Shown: positions 17,693-28,193, counted from the first letter of the stretch. The stretch is 64,000 bases of DNA from an uncultured Actinomycetes bacterium (GCA_963706025.1 CAVPLM010000003.1:817970-881969); one strand, 5' to 3'. The notes: generated by a model from the letters alone, not told the origin. Numbers and translations are program-made.

Positions 17693-19477
17693 ATGGACGA
17701 CGGGGCGAAGACCAGCGTTGGGCAGACGGGGCGGACGGATGGCCGCAGATCGCAGCGCGCACCAACCGGCCGCATAGCCCGCTACATCCCCATCGTCTCC
17801 TGGTTGACGGGCTACGATCGCTCGTGGCTGGGTGCGGACGTCGTCGCCGGGCTGACGCTCTGGGGCCTGCTGGCGCCCGAAACCATGGCGTATGCGGGCA
17901 TCGCTGGGCTGCCGCCGCAGGCAGGGCTGTACACGCTGCTCGGATCTCTCTTCGTCTACGCGCTATTCGGCACCTCACGCCACCTGTCGGTCGGTCCCAC
18001 TTCGGCCACGGCCGCGCTCATCGCGTCGACCGTGGCCGCCTTCGGTGTTCTGGCGAGCGACACCGGAGTCTACCAGTCGTACGCGGTGATGCTCGTGCTG
18101 CTGGTGGGGGTGGGTTTCGGCATCGCCGGTCTCGCGCGCCTGGGGTTCATCACGCAGTTCCTCTCCAAACCGGTGATGGACGGCTTCGTGACCGGCCTGG
18201 CCCTCTTTGTCGCCATCGGGCAGCTGAACAAGGTCTTCGGCGTGGAGAAGGGCACCGGTAACAGCTTTCAGAAGCTCTTCCACGTACTCGGGAGTCTGCC
18301 CGAGGCCAACTGGACCACCTTTCTGGTGGGGGCTTCCGCCTTGGCTCTGCTCTTTCTATTGCCCCGTCTGAGCCGGCGTATCCCGGCCGGTCTTGTCGTG
18401 CTCTTCCTTTACATCCTCGTGAGCTACGTGCTCGATCTGAGTGGGCGCTACGACGTCGAGGTGATAGGCGAATTGCCGCAGGGATTCCCCTCCTTCGTCC
18501 TGCCCGACGTGCCGGCCACCACCATCTTGGCGATGGTGCTCCCGGCTTTCGGCATTGTCCTCGTGGCCTACAGCGAGGCGATCGGGGTCGCCCGGGAGTT
18601 CTCCGAGAAGCACGGCTACAAGATCGACCCCGACCAGGAGCTGCGTGCTCACGGTGTCACCAATATCGTGAGCGGCTTCCTCGGTGGAATGATCGCCGCA
18701 GGCGGGATGTCCGGATCAGCGGTCAAGGAGGGGGCCGGCGGCCGCAGCCAGGTGTCCAACCTGGTGGCCTGGGTCGCCATCATCGTCACCGTTCTCGTGC
18801 TGACTCCTCTCTTCAAAACCCTGCCCGAGGCCGTGCTCGCAGCTCTCATCATCCACGCGCTGTGGCACATCATCGTGGCCCGCAAGCTGAAGCGCATACG
18901 GCTGGAGTCGCGCATCGAGTTCCTGCTCGGCGTCCTCACCTTGTTCGGCGTGCTGCTCACAGACGTCCTCGAGGGCATGATGATGGGCCTGCTGGCCTCG
19001 CTCGTCTGGTTCATCTATCGTTCGACCCGGCCGCATCTGGCTTCCCTGGGCCGGGCTCCCGGCCAGAAGGATGTGTTCACCGACATCACCCGGCACCCTG
19101 GCAGCATCCCCGTCCCGGGCCTGTTGATAGTGCGCTTCAACAGCCCGCTGTTCTATGCCAACGTCGAGACCATGCGCGACCGCGTCATGCTCCTGCTGGA
19201 CGAGACGGACCCCCCGCCTCGGGCTGTGCTCTTCGACGCCGTAGCGCAGGACGCGCTCGATGTGACCAGCGCCGACGTCCTCAGGAAGCTCTTTGAGGAG
19301 CTTCGGCGGCGCGGCCTGGAGATCTACGTGGCAGAAGTCCACGCCCCGGTGCTCGACTTCGCCCGCCGGGCCGGTCTCATGGACGTGATTGCCGAGGATC
19401 ACATGTTCCGCACTCTGCCTGCTGCTGTTGAGGCCTTCGAGGAGGCCTCGAGCGCTTCGGGCGGGGCCTCCTCGTAG
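17693..19477 (+). CDS. SulP/SLC26 anion permease with STAS domain
   Basis: Motifs DVVAGLT, MAYAGIAGLPPQAGLY, FGTSRHLSVGP and the STAS segment PLFYAN. Confidence 0.93.
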   Translation: MDDGAKTSVGQTGRTDGRRSQRAPTGRIARYIPIVSWLTGYDRSWLGADVVAGLTLWGLLAPETMAYAGIAGLPPQAGLYTLLGSLFVYALFGTSRHLSVGPTSATAALIASTVAAFGVLASDTGVYQSYAVMLVLLVGVGFGIAGLARLGFITQFLSKPVMDGFVTGLALFVAIGQLNKVFGVEKGTGNSFQKLFHVLGSLPEANWTTFLVGASALALLFLLPRLSRRIPAGLVVLFLYILVSYVLDLSGRYDVEVIGELPQGFPSFVLPDVPATTILAMVLPAFGIVLVAYSEAIGVAREFSEKHGYKIDPDQELRAHGVTNIVSGFLGGMIAAGGMSGSAVKEGAGGRSQVSNLVAWVAIIVTVLVLTPLFKTLPEAVLAALIIHALWHIIVARKLKRIRLESRIEFLLGVLTLFGVLLTDVLEGMMMGLLASLVWFIYRSTRPHLASLGRAPGQKDVFTDITRHPGSIPVPGLLIVRFNSPLFYANVETMRDRVMLLLDETDPPPRAVLFDAVAQDALDVTSADVLRKLFEELRRRGLEIYVAEVHAPVLDFARRAGLMDVIAEDHMFRTLPAAVEAFEEASSASGGASS

Positions 19478-19720
19478 GATCGCGGCAAAGGGCGCTCCAC
19501 TGCCGCATCATCGCGACCCTGAGGCGCTCCTCCGGGTTGATCAGGTGATCATGATCGTTGGCGCCTCACCTCGATTGTACCTGCCTCGCTCTCGTTGCAT
19601 ACTATGCGAAGCTGTCGGCGCGCGCCTGTGCCTCCACGCCTCGTGCCCGCAGATCGCGCCGGCGTTCGTGCCAAGCTGCGCGGAGCGCAGAGGAGCCGGT
19701 AGAGGGCCATTCAGAGCGAA

Positions 19721-21791
19721 ATGGAGCGACTCGTGAAGATACTGGAGCCGATCAGCATCGGCACACTGCAGCTCAAGAACAGGATCATGGTGCCGCCGCA
19801 CGCGGTGGTCTACGCTGGGCCGGCTGGAGAGGTGACGCAGCGGCAGATCGACTACGTGGTCGAACGAGCCAAAGCCGGCGCCGCGATCGTCTCCACCGAG
19901 GACACCTCCGTCGCTCCCGGCTACGGCATGTGGGGCACGCAGGCCCAACGCATCGACAGCGACGACCGTATACCCATGTATCGGGAACTCACCGATGCCG
20001 TGCGGGCCGCCGGTGCAAAGTCGACCATTCAGCTCAACGTGGCGCTCTGGGGCGCCATACGAGACACACTCGGCGGCAAACAGCCGGTCTCTGCCTCGGA
20101 GATCCCGTGGCAGGAGCCCGGGGTTGTGACCCGGGCCCTGGAGGTCGAGGAGATCGAGGGACTGGTGGAGGCGTTTGCCGAGGGGGCGCGACGCGCGCGC
20201 GAGGCCGGGTTTGACGCCATCCACATCCTCGGCGCCGAGGGCTACGGGATAAACCAATTCCTCTCGCCTCACTACAATCATCGTACAGACGCCTACGGGG
20301 GCACGCCTGAGAAGCGCGCTCGCTTCGCCCTGGAGATCGTCCGGGCCATCAAGGCCAAGCTAGGCGCCGACTTCCCCATCATCTGGGATCTCAACTGCAA
20401 CGAGTTCCTCGAGGACGGTCTTACCTTTGCCGAGGCCCAGATGCAGGCGCAGATGCTGGAGGAGGCGGGCGTCGATGCGTTCCGCATCCAGCGGGGCAAC
20501 TTCAACCGCTACGACGCCATCATCCCCCCGTGGAACTTCGCACCCGGAGAGTTCGTGCCGCTGGCGGCAGGTATCAAGAAGGTCGTGAAGCACGCCAAGG
20601 TGGAAACCGAGGGCAGGATCACCGATCCCGCCATGGCTGAGGAGATCCTCGAGCGGGGCGACGCCGACATCATCGGCCTGGTGCGGGCCTTCATGGCCGA
20701 TCCCGAATGGCTACACAAGGCCGTCGCGGGTCGCACCAAGGAGATCCGCCAGTGCATCGCCTGTGTGCGCTGCATCGACAACTGCATGTTGGAGAAGCCT
20801 GTCGAGTGTGCCGTCAACCCGCGCGTCGGCCATGAGGGCGAAGAGGAGTACGACATCCGCCCAGCAGCCAGGCGTAGGAAGGTCATGGTGATCGGCGGCG
20901 GGCCGGGCGGCATGGAGGCTGCCAAGACGGCTGCGCTCCGCGGACACGAGGTGTCGCTCTACGAGAAGGGCCCTTCGCTGGGCGGACTGATGTCGATCGG
21001 TGCCGTCATCTCCGAGGAGTTCGACAAGTACCTGCAGTACGCGCAAGACGACCTTAGGCGGGCGGGCGTCAGCATCAAGACAAAACGGGAGGTGACCCCG
21101 GCCCTGCTTGAGAGCATCAAACCCGACGTCATCATCCTCGCCTCAGGTGCGGAGGTACGGCCTCTGAAGGTCGAGGGGATCGACGGACCGAACGTCCTCA
21201 GCTCGGCACTCATGCAGCCACACGGTGACGGCGAAGCGAAGAAGAAGACAGTCAACGTGCGTTCCGTTATTTGGGCCGCCGGCGCCAAGATCGCCAAATC
21301 CCTCGACGCCGGTACTGTGCGGCGTGCCCTGGCGATGGACGCGACCACGGGCAAGAACATCGTCGTCCTGGGCGACGAACTGGCCGGCTATGAGATGGCT
21401 CACTTCTTCCACAAGGCCGGCAAGAAGGTGACACTGGTCAAGGTTCCCGAGGCGCTCGTGGATGGGGTTATGCTCCCACTCCTCTTCTTCCTACGTTGGG
21501 ATGGCGGGAACCTCCCCCTCGACTTCGCGAGCAAGGGCATCGAGATCGTGACCGACGTCGCCGACCTGGTGGTCGAGGCCAAGGGTGTGCGTGATCAAGG
21601 CCGAAGACGGGAGCGAGCGTTTCCTCGAGGCCGACACCGTGGTCATGACCTCCGGCTCGGTGCCGCGCACCGAGCTCAGGGAGCGGCTGAGCGGCCTCGG
21701 GGGAGAGGTGCATGTCGTGGGTGACGCCAATGCTCCGCGCGGCGTTCTCGAAGCCGTACATGAAGCAAACGCCGTTGCTCGTGCTATCTAG
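19721..21791 (+). CDS. NADH:flavin oxidoreductase (OYE-like FMN domain + 4Fe-4S + FAD domain; FadH/BaiCD-like); frameshift near 21590
   Basis: Motifs LKNRIMV, AREAGFD, NQFLSP..NHRTDAYGG, CIACVRC...C and VIGGGPGGMEAA. The C-terminal ADTVV..VHVVGDA..AVHEA lies in ORF 21585..21791. Confidence 0.85.
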
Positions 21792-21890
21792 GTCATGTGT
21801 CTCAGATCCAGGCACGGCCCTGGTCTGCGCTGGGAGTCATGGGTCCGCGTCTGATCTACCTCTCAGCCAACTGGGTCGACTACCAGCCTT

Positions 21891-22739
21891 CTAGTGTTTG
21901 AGTTGATAGGTGATGGTCACGTTGACGTAGATGTCCAAGTTCTGAGGGCTAATCGGCGGGGCAGCTACCGGGGCGCCGGCCGTGGTCGTAGTCTCTGTGG
22001 TTCCTCTCCCGTAGTAGTAGACGGGGGACGAGTAGCCCTCGGTAAGGACGAGCACGTCGCCCAGGGCTACGCCATTGGCGGCGGCAAACGCCTCGGCTTT
22101 GGCGTGGGCTTGGGCGGAGGCTTGGGCGAGCGCCTGGGTCTGGGCTTCGGTGTTATCGGAGAGCTGCCAGGTAGGGCCGTAGAGGTTGTTGGCCCCTGCC
22201 TCGGTCGCGGCCGCGAATACGCTTCCGATGGCGCTGAAGTCAGTCAGGGTGACCTCCACCGAGTTGGAGGCCTGGAAGCCGACGACGGTCGGCTGGCCGG
22301 TCTTCTGGTCATAGACGGTGTTGGGGTAGACACTGACGTTGGTGGTCTCGATGGCCGAGTCCGGTATCCCCTCTGCCTTGAGGCGAGCAAGGACGTCCTG
22401 CATCTTCTTGGAGTTGGCATCGAGAGCCGCTGCTGCCGTAGCCGCGCTTTCTTGAACACCTATGGTGATGACGGCCTGGTCGGGAAGAGCGCTCATGTGA
22501 CCGGTTCCGGAAACGGTGATGGTGTGAAGAAGAGGACTCTGCGCCTCTGCTGCGGCGACGGTCGTCGCGGTCGAGATCGGCGTTTGCGTTGACCCGGTCG
22601 TCGTGGTGGTCGAGCTTCCCGGCGTTGTTGACTCGGTTGAATCCGAGGTGCAGGCGGCGGCGCCGAGGATCAACAGCGCAAGCGCCAACACGACACCGCC
22701 CGCGAGCGCCGACCTTTTCCTCACCCTAGTGAATGGCAC
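21891..22739 (-). CDS. SIMPL/DUF541 domain lipoprotein
   Basis: Lipobox AAAC; motifs ITVSGTG..PDQAVITIGV and AGANNLYG. Confidence 0.88.
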   Translation of the reverse strand: MPFTRVRKRSALAGGVVLALALLILGAAACTSDSTESTTPGSSTTTTTGSTQTPISTATTVAAAEAQSPLLHTITVSGTGHMSALPDQAVITIGVQESAATAAAALDANSKKMQDVLARLKAEGIPDSAIETTNVSVYPNTVYDQKTGQPTVVGFQASNSVEVTLTDFSAIGSVFAAATEAGANNLYGPTWQLSDNTEAQTQALAQASAQAHAKAEAFAAANGVALGDVLVLTEGYSSPVYYYGRGTTETTTTAGAPVAAPPISPQNLDIYVNVTITYQLKH

Positions 22740-22931
22740 GGTGCCCCCCTTTCCCGCGAAGCCGCAGCCGCTTCCCGCGGTCTGCCGGCAAATCTGCGTG
22801 CCCCCAGAGAGCTCTCACTCAGGTTCGACCGCTGTCATCCCGAGGTCGTTCCCAACAGCACCAGACCATGTTACTCCTCGCCCGGAGGTCACCATGTGTG
22901 CGTAGTGTCTGCTCCGGCCGCCCGGGGTGCC

Positions 22932-23004
22932 CGAGGAGTCCCCGGCGAGGTACGATTGGGTCTAGGTCTGGATGTAGCTCCAACCGCGAGTGACTCGACT
23001 CTCC
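22932..23004 (+). repeat. 73-bp direct repeat, left copy
   Basis: cgaggagtccccggcgaggtacgattgggtctaggtctggatgtagctccaaccgcgagtgactcgactctcc; one mismatch to 44608-44680. Confidence 0.95.
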
Positions 23005-23013
23005 CGGCCCACC

Positions 23014-23092
23014 CGTGCGCCTGAGCTCCCGGTTCTCGCGCTCCAACTCTTTCGGCCGCTCCCGCTCACTGGTCGCGAGACCGGGACGGTGG
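23014..23092 (-). mobile_element. IS3-family OrfA fragment
   Basis: RPGLATSERERPKELERENRELRR resembles the leucine-zipper region of IS3/IS6110-type OrfA. Confidence 0.65.
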
Positions 23093-23097
23093 GCCAC

Positions 23098-23283
23098 CCG
23101 AGAGGCGATGCCGGATTGGATCCAGCCGATAGCGTCCTGGTCAACCATGTTGTCTCCTCCGTAGCGGCCGTCAACATGGGCAAGAAGCAGGATCTCTTGC
23201 CCCGCTTCAACGCGTACGCAATTGTCCAAGAAATCGCTGATGGTTATTGCCGCCACCCTAGGAATACCAGGTGCCGCGCCCGT
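23098..23283 (-). pseudogene. 5' relic of a second M29/NicX-fold gene, truncated by the IS3 fragment
   Basis: APGIPRVAAITISDFLDNCVRVEAGQEILLLAHVDGRYGGDNMVDQDAIGWIQS is nearly identical to the N-terminus of 25745..26077. ATG is replaced by ACG at 23281-23283. Confidence 0.85.
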
Positions 23284-23414
23284 ATTCGGTGTCCTTCCTG
23301 CACTCGCGTAACCCGTGGGTACACCTAGCCGACCAGAGAGTCCAAGGCTTTGGTCTGCTCGCTATGGAAATCGGCCACAGCGCCCCCCTGTTCGCCCCTC
23401 CTGCGAAGGCTCCT

Positions 23415-24635
23415 CTAGGAGAGCATGTGGTCTACGACGATCGAACCCTCTCTGAGAACCATACGGATATCCTGGAGATTCTCGATCTTCTCCACGGGAT
23501 CGCCGCCGACGATGAGGATGTCGGCGAGCAACCCCTCTTTGACGGTGCCTACCTTGTGGTCGATGCCGAAGATGATCGCGTTGTTCTGGGTAGCGCATTT
23601 GATGGCCTCGAGCGGCGACATCCCCAAGCCGTACACATACTCTCTCAGTTCTGCGTGCAGGGAAGGCCCCCACGGAATGCCCGGGGCGCCGGAATCGCAT
23701 CCGCAGCCCATCCGTACGCCTGCCTCGTAGGCCTTTCTATAGTGAGGGATGAAGTACCCGTCGGCGGTCGTGGGAACCCCCTTCTCCGCCATACGGTGGT
23801 CGTTCGTGCGCGCGAGGATGATGGTGGGCGCGAACCAGGTACCCCTGTCCACCATTAGACTGAACAACCGGTCGTAGGTCGCTTCGTCGGGTAGCTTTGC
23901 GAGACCTACGGCGATCAAGTGATTGATCTCGTCCGCCCCGTAGTTGACTAGTTTGATCGCATCGGACGCGTTGTCTATGTGACACATGACCCATAGACCG
24001 TGTTTGTGGGCCTCGTCCACGATGGCTTCCATGACGTGGTCGGCCAGGGGCTCCATGGTCCCGGGATAAACGGAGAGCCCGGACATGGCCACGGTGACCT
24101 TGAGGTAGTTGACTCCGGCCGCCGCCAACTCACGAACGCATTGCCTGGCCTCTTCTGCCGTTTCCGGATAGCAGCCCGCATTCTCCACGGTATCTGGGTC
24201 GTTTCCCCAGACGGTCCTGGTAGGGTGGGCATCTCTTTTCCCGAATTGCTTTCCGCAGCAGATCATGCGGGGGCCACGAAGCAGTCCTTGCTCAATCATG
24301 TCGCGGGTCTCTAGCGCGTCCTTAAGCCAGTCGCCGCAACTCCTGATCGTGGTAACGCCGGAGGCCAGCGTGGCGTCGCGCACCGCTGCGTAGTTGAAGG
24401 ACTCCCTCGCGTTGTTGAGGCCGGGAGGATCCTCGCGATCGCCGAAGTGCGCATGGCAGTCCATCAGCCCCGGAAGGAGGGCCATACCCTTCAGGTCGAT
24501 GACCGTCGCCCCATCAGGCACCGGTACGTTTCTTCCCGCCGCCGCGATCCTCTTTCCGTCGACCAGCACCGTGGCGCCTACCATGGGTGCTGAACCGGTT
24601 CCATCGATGAGATGCGCATTGGTGAAAGCTAGCAT
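23415..24635 (-). CDS. Amidohydrolase-1 family protein (imidazolonepropionase/Xaa-Pro dipeptidase-like)
   Basis: Motifs LIDGTG, PGLMDCHAH, SGVTTIR, GCDSG and GTVKEGLLADIL. Confidence 0.88.
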   Translation of the reverse strand: MLAFTNAHLIDGTGSAPMVGATVLVDGKRIAAAGRNVPVPDGATVIDLKGMALLPGLMDCHAHFGDREDPPGLNNARESFNYAAVRDATLASGVTTIRSCGDWLKDALETRDMIEQGLLRGPRMICCGKQFGKRDAHPTRTVWGNDPDTVENAGCYPETAEEARQCVRELAAAGVNYLKVTVAMSGLSVYPGTMEPLADHVMEAIVDEAHKHGLWVMCHIDNASDAIKLVNYGADEINHLIAVGLAKLPDEATYDRLFSLMVDRGTWFAPTIILARTNDHRMAEKGVPTTADGYFIPHYRKAYEAGVRMGCGCDSGAPGIPWGPSLHAELREYVYGLGMSPLEAIKCATQNNAIIFGIDHKVGTVKEGLLADILIVGGDPVEKIENLQDIRMVLREGSIVVDHMLS

Positions 24636-24709
24636 TGCTTCTCCTTGCTTGGTGTTCGTCCATCAAGGGTTGCGGACCTCCAAACAGGCATCGAACGATG
24701 CGCCTCCTT

Positions 24710-24870
24710 TCAGGACCGAACGTCCACACCTTCGACCCTAATCTCGACGGTATCTCCGGCACCTACCGCGCCGATGCCTTCAGGTGTGCCATCAGCAATT
24801 ATGTCACCGGGCAGTAGAGTCATAGCGTTAGTAACGAAGGCACTGAGTTCAGCTGTGCCAAAGATAAGGT
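24710..24870 (-). pseudogene. 3' relic of a fumarylacetoacetate-hydrolase-family gene
   Basis: LIFGTAELSAFVTNAMTLLPGDIIADGTPEGIG..GDTVEIRVEGV. Confidence 0.75.
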
Positions 24871-24900
24871 GACTGGGCCACCCGCTTCCCCTCTCCACCC

Positions 24901-26077
24901 CTACCAGGACCTGGGCTCAGGCTCCAGTCCGGGGCGGTCCGGGTATTTGGCGGCGACTGCTTTGACAGCCGGACTATCCAGCGCGGTCAGGTGGCCCTTG
25001 TCCCATACGAGCTTGTCACCTACCCGAAGAGAGGCCGTCCTCAGATCTCCGGTGCAGTGCATCCAGTACTTGTAGGAAGGCGTCCAATCGGGTGCTCCTA
25101 TGTGCACATGGATGTTGCAGGTATGAGCATGCTCGATCATACGGCGATGAAGGACGTTCGGGCACTGGTAAGGAGATACGCTCGCTTGGGGGTGGACGCC
25201 ACCGTGCAGGTGGTCGAAACGGTAGACCCCGTCTCCCAAGGTTCACTCATCTTCGCAAGGAACCGCTTGAGAGCCTCAGCCTCTTCTCCGCCTTCAATGT
25301 CGACTATCCGGCTGTGCTCTACGGTCAGCTTTATAGGAGAACCGAAGTAGGGGGAAATGCCTATGAAGCGCGACCAGTAGCTGAGCATGCAGTCAAATAC
25401 GCAGGTGCCATTCACCTCGGCCATGGTTTATGGGCGGGAAGACCCATTCCGGCCAGGGCCGGTAGATGCCTCCATGCTCGTGGCGCCAAACGTCGTAGGT
25501 GGGGAAGACGTTCGAGGCTTTAGCGGCGACACTGTCGGCTGCGGCGGCAGGACCACCCCCGTCAGCTGGGTGCCCTTGTCGTCCCACATCTCCAACGATT
25601 GTCCGGGTACGAAAGCAAGTGAGGCTTCATGACGGATCTCGCTCACAAGCTCGTAGGGAGTCCGAGCCCAGGCGGTGCAGAGCAAGGGGGCCGTCGTGGC
25701 GAAATTGTGAATGTGCGGTATGCGATCCAGATTGGCCATGTCCTTCATCTCGACGTTCTCTTCGATCTCAAGATCCAAGGAATTGAGAATAAGGATATCA
25801 GTGGCTCGATCGCGGCCTTCACTGCGGGCGGTATACGCCAGGCGTGAGCCTTCATCGGCTCGTCTATCCAGAGAACGGTAGGGTTGGCTCCCCGAGCGGC
25901 TATGCGGGATTGGATCCAGCCGACAGCGTCCTGGTCGACCACGTTGTCTCCCCCATAGAGGCCGTCAACATGTGAGACAATCAGGATCTCTTGCCCCGCT
26001 TCGACGCGAACGCAATTGTCCAAGAAATCATTGATAGCTATTGTCGCTACCTTGGGAATGCCGGGTGCCGTGCTCAT
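24901..26077 (-). pseudogene. M29 aminopeptidase-T/NicX-fold metalloprotein, broken by about 4 frameshifts
   Basis: Fragments in successive frames: VRVEAGQEILIV; NFATTAPLL; VNGTCVFD..PIKLTVEHSRIVDIEGGEEAEALKRFL; HLHGGVHPQA..EHAHTCNIHVHIG..HCTGDLR. Confidence 0.7.
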
Positions 26078-26164
26078 GTTCGGTGTCCTCCATTCACTCG
26101 TGTGGTGTTTGGGTCGACCGGCAGTCCGCCCGGTATGTCAACCTCCATTAGGGCCATGAGTGAC

Positions 26165-27202
26165 CTATACGACGGTGAATCGCGACGTATGCATTTCCCC
26201 GTCCACCTTCAGTTGCTCCGCTAGCCCGAGGACCGATCCAACCGCATCGGCGATGTCCTGAGGTTTTGGCAGAACCGACGTCTCCAGATGGCCGGCGGGT
26301 ATAGGAATGTTGGCCGCAGCCACCCTCTTGACCGGGCTGAGCAGCGAATTAAACACGCCCTCCGTTATCTGCATAGCGATCTCGGCGGTTACGCCGCACC
26401 GTGAGAGGTCCTCGTCAACGATGACCACCCGCCCGGTCTTTCTGACAGAACCAAGAATGGTGCTCAGATCGAGGGGCTCGAGACATCTTGGATCCACCAC
26501 TTCGAGGCTGATGCCTCTCTTCTCCAAGTCATTTGCAGCTTGGACTGCCATGGTGACCATGTAGGACGTTGCGACGATGGTGACATCTGAGCCTATTCTC
26601 TTGACGTCCGCTACGCCGAGCGGGACCACGTATTCCTCGTCCGGGACTTCGCCCTTCACGTCCAGCAACAGCTTGTGGAACAGATAGACAACCGGATTGT
26701 TGTCCCGTATCGCGCTCTTCAGCAGGCCTTTGGCATCGTATGGAGTCGAGGGAAGGGCGATCTTCAGTCCGGGTCGGTGCCACAAGAAGCCTTCGGGGCA
26801 CTGCGAATGCATCGGCCCACCGCCGCTGTAGCCGCCGATAGCCGTCTTGATGACCATCGGCACACATGTCTTGCCGCCATTGGAGAAGCGGTGGGTCGCG
26901 GCCTGGTTCAATGTCTCGTCCGCCGCGCAGAGAAGGAAGTCTGCGAACATGATGTCGGCGATAGGCCGATAGCCTGCCAAAGCGGCCCCGACCGCGGCCC
27001 CGACGATGGCCGTCTCGCTGATGGCCGTATCCCTGACCCTCCGCATGCCGAATCTCTGAACCAGACCCGTGTGAGTGTCCCACTGATCCTGGCAGATGTC
27101 TTCGCCGAGGATGAAGACGCTCTGGTCCCTCGCCATCTCCTCGTGCAGCGCTTCGTTTATGGCTTGTCTGTAGGTGATCTCTCTCACTCTGGTTACCTTC
27201 AC
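26165..27202 (-). CDS. TPP-dependent dehydrogenase E1 beta subunit (AcoB/PdhB-like)
   Basis: Motifs YRQAINEAL, ILGED, DTAISETAIVG, HSQCPE and PSTPYDAKGLL. Confidence 0.92.
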   Translation of the reverse strand: MKVTRVREITYRQAINEALHEEMARDQSVFILGEDICQDQWDTHTGLVQRFGMRRVRDTAISETAIVGAAVGAALAGYRPIADIMFADFLLCAADETLNQAATHRFSNGGKTCVPMVIKTAIGGYSGGGPMHSQCPEGFLWHRPGLKIALPSTPYDAKGLLKSAIRDNNPVVYLFHKLLLDVKGEVPDEEYVVPLGVADVKRIGSDVTIVATSYMVTMAVQAANDLEKRGISLEVVDPRCLEPLDLSTILGSVRKTGRVVIVDEDLSRCGVTAEIAMQITEGVFNSLLSPVKRVAAANIPIPAGHLETSVLPKPQDIADAVGSVLGLAEQLKVDGEMHTSRFTVV

Positions 27203-28183
27203 CTAATCCGCATAGAGGGCGGTGGTCAGAATCTCGGGCTCGGGCAGCGGGCTGTCGAGAGCGAACTTCTCCGCGTCTTCTACCTCTTCGGCCACCCTGC
27301 TGCGGATCTGTCGTATCTCGGTGTCCGATATCAACCCCGTTTGTAGCAACCTCTGTTCACATAGTTGGATCGGATCTCTCGCCTTCCAGCACTCGAGCAT
27401 TGCCTCGTCACGCAAGCCGTCCTGACAATAATCCGGTATCCCCTCCACCTGCGGACGGTAGCGGCACGTTTTGAACTCGATGAAGCTCGGGCCTTCCCCA
27501 GATCTGGCCCTTTCAACAGCGACTCGGGCGGCCTCGTACACCTTCATCACGTCCTGGCCATCCTCAATGGCAGCCGGTATGTCATAGCCAAAGGCCAGAT
27601 CGGCGATGTTCTCCCTGGGATAGGACGCAGACACAGGGACCCACATACCCATGCCGTTGTTCGAGCAGATCCATACGATCGGTAGCTTCCAGTTGGCACT
27701 CATAAGCAGCGCCGTATGAAGGCTGCCCTCGCCGACGGCACCGTCTCCAAAGAAGCAGACGACAACCTGCTGCTTTCCGCGGAGTTCGGCTGCAAGCGCC
27801 GTACCGGCGGCGAGGGTGGACTCGCCTCCTACCGTACCGCCCATGCCGAATATGCCCACCTCGGGATAACACGTGTTGATGAAGCCGATTCCTTGGCAGG
27901 AGCCCGTCGCCCGGCCGTAGTGCTCGGCAATCAGCATCCTTGCCGGCAGCCCCTTGGAGATCACTTCACATACGCCGTGGCCTCGATGGGTGTACCAGAG
28001 GTAGTCGTCCTGTCTGAGGAACGTGCAAACCCCTACTCCGATCGCTTCCTGACCTTGCTGGCTGTGGAAGAAGGGACCCGACAGTCTCCTGCTGTAGTAG
28101 GCCTGGACAAGCAACTCATCCAGTTTTCGTACGCGGAGCAGGTTGGTGTATAGCTTGACGTGCTGTTCCTTAGTCAACTCCAT
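27203..28183 (-). CDS. TPP-dependent dehydrogenase E1 alpha subunit (AcoA/PdhA-like)
   Basis: GQEA, THRGHG, the TPP motif FFGDGA..NN, and EGPSFIE. Confidence 0.92.
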   Translation of the reverse strand: MELTKEQHVKLYTNLLRVRKLDELLVQAYYSRRLSGPFFHSQQGQEAIGVGVCTFLRQDDYLWYTHRGHGVCEVISKGLPARMLIAEHYGRATGSCQGIGFINTCYPEVGIFGMGGTVGGESTLAAGTALAAELRGKQQVVVCFFGDGAVGEGSLHTALLMSANWKLPIVWICSNNGMGMWVPVSASYPRENIADLAFGYDIPAAIEDGQDVMKVYEAARVAVERARSGEGPSFIEFKTCRYRPQVEGIPDYCQDGLRDEAMLECWKARDPIQLCEQRLLQTGLISDTEIRQIRSRVAEEVEDAEKFALDSPLPEPEILTTALYAD

Positions 28184-28193
28184 GCCGGTCTTC

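Noticed and set aside
16042-17775. 577-aa minus-strand ORF
   Set aside because: Antisense to the arylsulfatase gene; a typical high-GC shadow frame.
23309-23324. 13-mer shared with the CsoR-like site at 12559
   Set aside because: The right half of the palindrome is broken; probably coincidence.
26165-28183. Calling the E1 pair pdhAB or acoAB
   Set aside because: There is no E2/E3 and the catalytic loop is divergent, so the substrate cannot be assigned.
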